DNA of 62,571 nucleotides, filler included, from Squatina squatina (Eukaryota): NCBI GenBank assembly GCA_031763465.1. It is 3 parts of 3 records of this genome, joined end to end, with 100 filler letters (N's around TTAATTAATTAA, not from the genome) between each part and the next. Parts side by side here need not be neighbours in the genome. Positions count along the whole stretch, not along the records: positions 43,913 to 62,571 come from JARFOE010000115.1; 2 more parts are not named here. One strand, 5' to 3'. Shown piece by piece: positions 52,305 to 62,571 of this stretch (position 1 is its first letter; each line of letters starts with the position of its first letter). The notes under the pieces were generated by a model. It saw only the letters and a program-made list of their open reading frames with translations, ran no database searches and was not told where the DNA came from. The position numbers and the translations under genes were made by a program.

Positions 52305-52875
52305 CCGTTGGGGGTGGGAGGTGCTACTGGCTCCCGCGAAATTGCACAAGAATTAGCGGAGGCGCGAACACAGTAGTGCCCTGAGCCGCCATGCCTCCGG
52401 CAATAACGTCACCACCACGTGTGGTGATCCCTTTGCGCCTCGTGCCAACCCCTTTCCGTCCTGCGGCGGAAATTGGACAGTTCCCTGCGAGGCTGCCGCG
52501 GGCGATGTCGGTGCCAGCCTCGCGTGTCACGAACCGGCCAACCTTCACTGTAGGGGCAGAAGTTAAAGGGGAAGTGCGCTGTGCCACGTGCTGCATTTTT
52601 AAAAATCTTCGGCCAACTCGCCGGTTGGCCTGTTCTGCTTTGCTTTCGCGTGGTCCGGGGCGCCATCGTGAACGGTAGGGGAGGGTCATTGAAATCCGTC
52701 ATCGCTACACGGCAAAGCTGCATAGCACTGCCGGACCCGCCCGAGTAGCGCTCACGAACTCATCCCAAACGGCTCCACTCCCTGTGAGGGACTGTAACCG
52801 CAATTTTGCAGTCAGGGACGGACTTCTGCGCCGGATGCAGGAAGTCTTGCCTCCCCTTACCCAATTTTGCCCCCA
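52305..52875. mobile_element. GC-rich non-autonomous Harbinger-type element
   Basis: CpG-rich stretch ending in aattttgccccc, like other elements here with GGGGxxAAATT-type termini. Confidence 0.55.
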
Positions 52876-53059
52876 TTATATGTACAGACTTTCTTGGCAA
52901 GATAGGGTATGTTTGTAAAATAGATGCAGACTGTATTGGAGCAGCTCTTGCACATTTCTGTTAAGTTGTAGATGGTGTTAAATGCAGTGAGGGAAAAGTG
53001 ACTGCAAATGTGAAACTTTCTTATTAAAGTGTTTTGTCATGGTGTGACTCTCCTTTTAC

Positions 53060-53300
53060 CTTGGATACCCTGCTGGGGTCATTGAACTTCTTCCAGCATG
53101 GAGTTGCCATGTGTTGGGGCTGTTGAAGGTGTCACTGACTGCGAAGGCCAGCTTCTTCCACTGTACCCAGACCATATTCCTTTCCTCAGTTTCAAGAAAC
53201 ACCACCACCCTTTCCTTTATTTACACTAACAAAACCTCTATGAAGAATTCTGAAGACTTGGGTCTTTGGGCCCTGCTGCCGCACTCGCGGGAATGCTTCT
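53060..53300 (-). pseudogene. Degenerate Harbinger Myb/SANT-like ORF exon
   Basis: Minus strand reads PKSSEFFIEVLL...WKKLAFAVS...CWKKFNDPSRVSK|gtaaaa, with frameshifts. Confidence 0.6.
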
Positions 53301-53754
53301 TCCAATCACTCTTCAATGTTCATTTGCCTGATCTTAGACTGTTTTCTGCTCCTTCAAGCTGCTGCTTCACCAATTTTCTGCTTCTCCAAAGGTAAGCTCT
53401 CAATAGCAAATGGTTATAGTGCTGGGGGCCCACTTTTAATATTATTACAATCCTGACGGGTGGTGGATATCCTGCCCTGATGCACGTTTAACCACAGAAG
53501 AATAGGTTTTGTACAGTGCTGTTAAATTGTGTTGTACTTCATCCCAACACTATATATGTAAATGTTTTGCAGTCTTGGGCAACTGGCCACCATAGCTGGA
53601 ATAGACCACTCAGACTTTGGTCCTGTAGGACGACCTCAGTTTTCATCCAGTGTTGGAAAGGATAAGAAAGAACAAGGAGGTGATTCAACCAAAGAAAAAA
53701 TACTCCCAGGAGCACCACAGGACAAGGAGGTGAATAAAGTTTACAATTTTTAAA

Positions 53755-53960
53755 TAAAGAACTTGTTATTATATAGCGCATTTTATGTCCTCAGGATGTC
53801 CCAAGTGCTTCAAAGATAATGAATTACATTCTGGAGTGTATTTACTGTTCTGTAGGCAAATGCAGCAGCCAGTTTGTGCACAGCAAGGTCTCACAAACAG
53901 CAATGAGATAATAGCCCAGTTAATGTGTTTTGTTGATGTTGGTTGATGGATAAATTCTTG
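53755..53960 (-). mobile_element. DeuSINE 3' fragment
   Basis: atatagcgcatttt...ggcaaatgcagcagccagtttgtgcacagcaaggtctcacaaacagcaatg. A similar piece lies at 46690-46796. Confidence 0.75.
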
Positions 53961-54359
53961 TCAAGATAAATGTTTAGCCTATTAATACATTTTTAAAAAT
54001 GAGTACAATAATTTAATGAACATGACTGTTAACTGTCACCTATAATTTGATCAAGTCTCTTTTTGCAAAATTCATTATTGCAATAACAAATTAGACCCTG
54101 ATATTTTTATTGGCCCTCCGTTTATGTAGGCAGTTGACACATTCTTGTGACATATGTTAGTATTTAATTAATCTTTAGAAAATTGATTATCAGAGCATTG
54201 TCACATGACTTCATTGATGAACTCCATCTATAGTCACAACATCCCTTGGTTTAGATACTTTTCTGTTGAAGTAAATGTGCTACAGTAATAAATTTTCATA
54301 TTTATTAGATTCTTCTAAGGAGCCTAATTTACTCTACAGACAAATCAGACTAATTATTA

Positions 54360-55184
54360 GGAATTGGAGGGCGTGGGTGGGGGCGGTGCGGTGCGGAGAA
54401 TTTCAACTTCCAAGAGCGATTGGGAGTCGGTTGGTAGTGGGGGGGAGCGGGTAAAAGCGCTGAAGTTGACTGCGTGTCAGGAAGCCTGCTCCCGCTCGCT
54501 GATTTCTGCATTTAACTGCAGCGTGTTAGGCTGTGTGCGAGAAACCCCCCGGGAGAGGCGGGTTGTCAATTTAAATATGTTAAGTTAGCTCTTAATGACC
54601 TATTAACAGGGCTTTTGGGATTCAACTGTGGGTGCACATGTTTCCCGGGTTTCCTGGAACTTGCCAGTGAAAGCAAGGTGAGAGCACAGCGGCAAATCTA
54701 CGGGTTGAAGAAATGAAAGACAAAAATTTCCATAAGTACTGAATCCTCACAGCTGCGTTCTTGCCTGATTGTGTGAAAGGCTTTTGCTCAGAGTACTTGT
54801 TCTGAGTGGTTACTTTCGCTACTTTCGAGGTTACTTTCATTACTTTCGAGGTTTGTATGTCTGATCTGCATTTTGCAGCTGCGATCTGTCAGATCATCAT
54901 AGGTGCTGCTTATTCTGTTTAAGCTTGGACCTCAGATGAGGACCAAGATGACAATCCGCATCAACAGCATCAGCAGCAGTAGCCTGCTCCTCCCAGACCT
55001 GCTGCACCACAGGAGAGAGGGGATATACAGAGAGGTGCAGCTCGCAGGAGGCGATACCTGCAACACCAGGTGTACAGGCAGAGGATCAGCTTCCTGGTCA
55101 TGTCAGAACATCAGTGTCTCAGGAGGCTCCGGTCAGGCTTTGCATCAGGTGGTGGCAGACATTTGCAGCCTGCTGGAACAAGAC
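54360..55184 (+). mobile_element. Harbinger transposon 5' part with degraded transposase N-terminus
   Basis: RRRYLQHQVYRQRISFLVMSEHQCLRRLR / QVVADICSLLEQD, a HARBI1-like N-terminus, frameshifted. Confidence 0.7.
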
Positions 55185-55484
55185 NNNNNNNNNNNNNNNN
55201 NNNNNNNNNNNNNNNNNNNNNNNNNNNNNNNNNNNNNNNNNNNNNNNNNNNNNNNNNNNNNNNNNNNNNNNNNNNNNNNNNNNNGAATGAGGGAAACAGG
55301 GTTGGAAGTATATCGCAAAAATCTGATTTATACAAAAACGAAACCCGGTGTACTTTAAATTGTCAGCATCTCCTTTCGTCACACCGATACTTTAATAAGA
55401 GCGATGAGTCTCTTTAATGGAGTTTGACACACAGACTCGTGTGCCACACACTGGCCCTTCACTCGGTCGGTGAACTCCACTCCA

Positions 55485-55683
55485 TTAGATCAGGAAGATG
55501 ATGTTATCGGACACCATGATCTGGTTGTCTTCCTGCATCTTGTCGAGGGCAGTCTGCACCTCCACATCGGAAAATGGTGCCTGGTTGTCTTTGTTGATGG
55601 ATGCCATCAGAGTCTGCATCCCAAGGGACTGAGCATGTGCAGTCTTGAAAGCATCCAACAGAGCAGCTTTGAACTCTTTGAAC
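55485..55683 (-). CDS. MCM3: MCM3-family last coding exon
   Basis: gcgcag|G TTC...ATC TAA; 199 nt. Encodes [65 protein letters not shown], the MCM3 C-terminal winged helix. ATTAAA signals lie about 70-95 nt downstream. Absent from the ORF track. Confidence 0.93.
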
Positions 55684-56754
55684 CTGCGCCAGAATTAAAG
55701 ACAGGATTAGAGCCACGAAAAACCACATAAGTGCAGATACCTCAGCAGCAAATACGATCCAAGTCCAGTTATCCAATCCAGAAGGAGCAGAGCTGCAGAT
55801 TAAAAGCCCTGAGCTAAGACCACTGAACCTGTGCCGACGGTGAAGTACGCAGCACCGTGCTGCTACCAGCAGATGCTTGTACTCTGTGCTTCTTGCGTGT
55901 CGTCTTATTTGCAAACTAAAGCGGCCAACAGGTGAGCTCCAGCGAGGCCTCTGCTGTTCAGGTTACAGCAGTCCCAAGCCTCAATTCTCATTCCAATTAT
56001 TTCTACGCCAACCTTTAGCTGTGTGCACTAAGACGACNNNNNNNNNNNNNNNNNNNNNNNNNNNNNNNNNNNNNNNNNNNNNNNNNNNNNNNNNNNNNNN
56101 NNNNNNNNNNNNNNNNNNNNNNNNNNNNNNNNNNNNNNNNNNNNNNNNNNNNNNNNNNNNNNNNNNNNNNNNNNNNNNNNNNNNNNNNNNNNNNNNNNNN
56201 NNNNNNNNNNNNNNNNNNNNNNNNNNNNNNNNNNNNNNNNNNNNNNNNNNNNNNNNNNNNNNNNNNNNNNNNNNNNNNNNNNNNNNNNNNNNNNNNNNNN
56301 NNNNNNNNNNNNNNNNNNNNNNNNNNNNNNNNNNNNNNNNNNNNNNNNNNNNNNNNNNNNNNNNNNNNNNNNNNNNNNNNNNNNNNNNNNNNNNNNNNNN
56401 NNNNNNNNNNNNNNNNNNNNNNNNNNNNNNNNNNNNNNNNNNNNNNNNNNNNNNNNNNNNNNNNNNNNNNNNNNNNNNNNNNNNNNNNNNNNNNNNNNNN
56501 NNNNNNNNNNNNNNNNNNNNNNNNNNNNNNNNNNNNNNNNNNNNNNNNNNNNNNNNNNNNNNNNNNNNNNNNNNNNNNNNNNNNNNNNNNNNNNNNNNNN
56601 NNNNNNNNNNNNNNNNNNNNNNNNNNNNNNNNNNNNNNNNNNNNNNNNNNNNNNNNNNNNNNNNNNNNNNNNNNNNNNNNNNNNNNNNNNNNNNNNNNNN
56701 NNNNNNNNNNNNNNNNNNNNNNNNNNNNNNNNNNNNNNNCTTTCAAAGATGCTG

Positions 56755-57220
56755 TGGGGGAGAAATTCGGGTCATTTGCGCCTTCCGTTAGCAGCCGCAG
56801 TCAGGGGGCAGCACCGTTATGGACTCTCGCGAAATTCCGCGGGAGTTTAGTGGAGGAACTAACAGGTAGCACCCCGGGTCACTGCGTCCGCGATCAAATC
56901 ATCAGTGTGCCCAGAGACCCGTTTTCGCTCCAGTGCGAAAATTCAGTAATGCCCATTGAGACTGCCACAGCTTTGCCATTTTCAAATTACGCGATTCGTG
57001 CCGCTATGTTGCAGCCCGGCATTCTGTTTCTCCGCATAGTGCGGCAAAATTCCTGAGGTTAGCACCCGAATCCTGCCTCTGAGAGAAAGTGGAGCGCATG
57101 CCTTTGCACTCCATTTTCTCTTGGGGGCGGTGAATCCAATTTAGCTTCCGGGGCAGGACTTCGGCACCTGGCTCAGGAAATCCCACCTCGCAGCCGTTAC
57201 TGCCCCCAATTTCACCCCTA
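56755..57220. mobile_element. Harbinger-type MITE
   Basis: Termini gggggagaaatt...aatttcacccc and a CpG-rich interior; a related left end lies at 62366-62571. Confidence 0.65.
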
Positions 57221-57787
57221 AATCTCGTAATAGTTCCTCTTTCGCTATGTTTATCCCATCAAATATTTCACATTCTTCCTCATTAACTACAATGTCTGTA
57301 TTGTCTCTCTCTTCTGTGGAGACAGACGTGAAGTATTCATTAAGAACCATACCCACGTCTTCCACCTCCACACATAGGTTATCTTTTTGGTCTCTCATAG
57401 GCCNNNNNNNNNNNNNNNNNNNNNNNNNNNNNNNNNNNNNNNNNNNNNNNNNNNNNNNNNNNNNNNNNNNNNNNNNNNNNNNNNNNNNNNNNNNNNNNNN
57501 NNNCCGCCATCACACACCCACATCATTTGGTTGAAGTTAGGCTGAAGCTTCATCCTTCCTTATTGCACAGTGCAATCGGAGAAGTTCAGGTTACCCTGTC
57601 ACAGAAATATAGAAGCTCTTCATGTACTAGTTGTTTCGTGTAAAAATAGTCTGAATAAAACTTAGGCATGAAACAGACAGCCACACTCCCCTCCCGGCAG
57701 ACAAGAGTCCAGGGGCCACTGTGACACAGCTACATCCAATGGCATTTCCAAGTGTCGGAGGCCCTAATCACATCTCAATCATGCTCA

Positions 57788-58036
<249 letters not shown>

Positions 58037-59062
58037 TTAGGGTTAGAGTTACATACGGGACAAGGTTACCGCTTAAATAAGAGAAGTGGTGGTGGTGCTG
58101 TGCCTTCTCCTTGAACCGATAGTCCGTGCTCTATGCTGCTCACTGAGGGGATTCCAGGAGTTTGATCCAACAGCGACAAAGGAACTTGGAAGGTGACTGT
58201 GTTCCCTGGGCCTTGCTGTTCTTTTTATACAAATACACAGGTTCCCTGATCCTAATTTCAGCTGCTTTGTATCACGGGTGAGGCACTGCCTGTATCCCCA
58301 GTTTTGCATTCGGCTCAAGATGAACTGCTGAGAAATTCAATCAACCTCGAGACCCCTCGCTCAGCGCTCGTAGGAAAACATGCAGAAAATTCTGCATTCT
58401 CAAAGACACAGCTAGCCCCACTTAAGGCAGTTTATAGAGGTGGGGGTATTGCCACCCTCCGGGTCAGCATCACAAGCAATCCCTTGAATACATGCTATTG
58501 TGCAGGGCCATTAGTTTTATTAATGACCAAGGCCAGTCCCACTTTAACAGTTCAAATGAAAAGTAATTCACCTGAAATGTGGGTTCTGTTTCTCTCTCTA
58601 CAGACGCTGCCTCTGACCTGCTGACTGTGTCCAGTAATTTGCTGTTTATAGGTCAGATTTCCAGCGTCTTCATGTTAATAGGGGTTGGGTGTGACTGCAG
58701 GAGCTGGGAGGTGCAGCATCACCTGCTAATCCTAGTTACATACGAGGATGTACCAACTCCAACAGGGGTTTGGACTCGAAGCCAATTCCTTGGAGCACGT
58801 TTATGTGAATCCACTTCACAACTTGAACATGAATTCCCATACACAGAACCCAAGGCTGTGCTTTTGGTGTTGAACCTGCCGGCAGGCATTTGCCACTGAA
58901 GGAGCAAATTTCAGATCCACCAAGGCTCAACAGGAAAAAAAAAAGATAAAATCACCAGAATCTGCGACAAGGTTCAGTCTTAGCAACAAACGTTATAAAT
59001 CAGGACCCCATCTGTGTACTGAAATGCAACTACAAAGTAGAGAGAATTGTCCCCAGTGCTCA

Positions 59063-60413
<1,351 letters not shown>

Positions 60414-60880
60414 NNNNNNNNNNNNNNNNNNNNNNNNNNNNNNNNNNNNNNNNNNNNNNNNNNNNNNNNNNNNNNNNNNNNNNNNNNNNNNNNNNNNNNN
60501 NNNNNNNNNNNNNGTGTGAGACTGTGATGTGTTTTGCATTCTAAGCTGTGCACTGAAGCCTGTTATTTGTGTGTATGTGAGTGTGAAAGGACTGGAAATG
60601 GGACTAAGTGTGTCACTGGTATCACAACGCCCTTGAAGGGAGAAAGAGGAAGGCGGAGGGAGTAGGCTGGGAATAGAAAGCTGTGCTCCCTGCTCTCTGT
60701 TGAATCCAGAAATCTCCTTCTAACTGACAGTACAATAGCAGCCTTCCAGGCATCGGGAGAGATCAGTGCTGGTTTCTCGTCTCCTCCTCTGTCTCCTTCA
60801 AAGTGCTTTCTTCTTCGCCAAGTGAAACCCAGCCCTCAGATTTACTGGAATGCCAGCGGGTGAACAGAGGAACATTCCTA

Positions 60881-60920
60881 ATGGACTGCTGTGGAATTGC
60901 TGACCACCATGTTGGAAATG
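60881..60920 (+). CDS. EFR3B: Candidate alternative first coding exon of EFR3B
   Basis: ATG GAC TGC TGT GGA...AAT G|gtaagt encodes MDCCGIADHHVGN plus a phase-1 donor, the same phase as canonical EFR3 exon 1. There is an in-frame stop upstream. Confidence 0.45.
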
Positions 60921-62087
60921 GTAAGTATCTAAAAATGACAAGTATTTTGTAGGCTCTGTCCTTCACGGTCGCCTCCTAACTCCCCCATTCTGTGCCTGTC
61001 TCCATATTAGACAGTAAGATTGTGGCAGTGGAGGGGTCTGTCATTTACTGTAACTAGCAACCAAAGAAAGACAGGAGCTATCATACACAACGCAAGGCAT
61101 TCAAAGTGGATTTTGGATAAATGGTGGATGATATTTTGTGAATAAAACAGGCAACAACATCACTGCTTAGTGAGCAAATAGCCTTTGAATAAATTGCTGT
61201 CACGGATTAATTAATGACAGTCTTCTCTATGTTCTTTCATTCTTTGAAATGCGTTTTAACTGCACTGAGAATCCAGCCCCCCCCGCCCCCGCCCACATGA
61301 GCTGTGTGTTTGCCAGGGAGAAGCTGCAGATGCTGATGTAATGCACGCAGCGCCGAAGCATTGTATCAAGGACTGAGAGACTTAATACACTTGTCCCCGG
61401 AGAGGAAGAAAGGAACACCACTGGATCAATGATTCCTCCTTCATTCATCCCTCACTGGCTGTGTGAATGAAAGGTCTGTGTGTGTCTGTCATGCAACATT
61501 CGTCAGGACCACTGCTGGCGTCACACAGGGCTAAGGTCATCTGTTTCTATCATTTCTTGGAGAGATTAAATTCTTTCAGATGCCCGACTGGGATTGAAGG
61601 AGAGATGGTATAGACTGCTGTAAGATGTACGGTAAGGATTTAACTAATGATCTTATGAGAGTCAAGGCCTGATATTAATAATAAAAATGGAAAATAAGAC
61701 AATATGTTTTAAAGCCGCAGTGATGCGTTAAATTAAATGCTGTCTGTAGACAGTTTGACTGAAATACTATTCTCATTTTGGAGAGGTCCTAGCTATTAAG
61801 TTTTAGAACAGATGCTGTATTTGAAGTGTTTTAAAATTATGTAATTAAAATGCCATTTAATTAAATATTTAAAANNNNNNNNNNNNNNNNNNNNNNNNNN
61901 NNNNNNNNNNNNNNNNNNNNNNNNNNNNNNNNNNNNNNNNNNNNNNNNNNNNNNNNNNNNNNNNNNNNNNNNNNAACGTGGCTGTGAAAGCAAGTTACAG
62001 GAGAGTGAACAATGAGGACGGCAGCGCTGTGTTGATTGGTGTGAACTAGAATCTATTTTACTAAATAGGAAGTTTTCTTTCCTACAG

Positions 62088-62209
62088 TTCATAAAGTTTG
62101 CCAACATTGAAGAGGACACGCCATCATATCACCGAAGCTATGACTTCTTTGTGTCCCGGTTCAGTGAAATGTGCCACTCAGGACACGACGATGCTACAGA
62201 CAGGACTAA
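62088..62209 (+). CDS. EFR3B: Protein EFR3 homolog B internal exon
   Basis: cctacag|TTC...ACT AA|gtgagt; 122 nt. Encodes FIKFANIEEDTPSYHRSYDFFVSRFSEMCHSGHDD. HRSY and SEMCH are EFR3B-type (EFR3A has HRRY and SAMCH). Confidence 0.93.
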
Positions 62210-62571
62210 GTGAGTAGATATCCAGCACAATTTCATCTAACAGGCATTGTGGAGTGATCCTCAGCTTTCTCCTACTGTTTGAGTTGGGGTTTCTAAAGCA
62301 CAGCTAATGATTACTAAGGAGAATGGTCTCAGCTTGCTTTGGCTGAATGTTTTATAGTTAGATTATGGGGGAGGGTGAAATTGTGTCGCGCCCTGTTTGG
62401 GGGCGGTAACAGCCACGAGGTGGGAGTTCCTGCGTCAGGCGCGGAAGTCCCACCCCATTCACAATATTGGGGTTACCGCCCTCGAGAGCAACGGGAGTGC
62501 AAAATAACCCGGTCCACTTGCTATGTGGGGCGCGAGCGGGGTGGAAGCGAAATGAGAGGGGCGCAGCGATA

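Noticed and set aside
53317-53391. Signal-peptide-like reading MFICLILDCFLLLQAAASPIFCFSK with a phase-1 donor
   Set aside because: It lies antisense to a Harbinger relic, and the next acceptor gives an early stop in that phase.
55504-55914. 136-aa ORF with a hydrophobic segment
   Set aside because: Wrong frame; the real exon is MCM3 at 55485-55683.
55877-56791. ORFs of 304 and 243 aa
   Set aside because: Almost entirely N-gap; many other listed ORFs also read through gaps.

Overview
This is vertebrate genomic DNA, almost certainly from a cartilaginous fish (shark-type DeuSINE/SacSINE1-like SINEs, abundant CR1 LINEs, Harbinger elements), taken from a very fragmented assembly. Most contigs are separated by fixed 100-N gaps, so gene models are partial and distances are compressed. 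Two artificial linkers (44N-TTAATTAATTAA-44N at 21720-21819 and 43813-43912) split the window into three independent blocks. Block 1 holds an IL7 exon-2-like exon (+), two ZC2HC1A exons (-) and three exons of a SERINC1/3-like gene (+). Block 2 holds an RPRD1A exon (-) and CDH18 5' exons (-). Block 3 holds a B7/butyrophilin-like IgV exon lacking the second Cys (-), a Tigger/pogo transposase ORF with a DD30E triad, an intronless 258-codon helical ORF resembling alpha-pore-forming-toxin-like proteins, three minisatellites, two MCM3-family exons (-) and EFR3B (+) with a candidate alternative first exon. The best leads are a possible fourth 2R ohnologue of SERINC at the IL7/ZC2HC1A(/PKIA) locus, the toxin-like ORF, an MCM3 paralogue beside EFR3B, and the alternative Cys-rich EFR3B N-terminus. 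Gene identities come from recalled protein sequences plus splice-site and phase checks; no database search was run.
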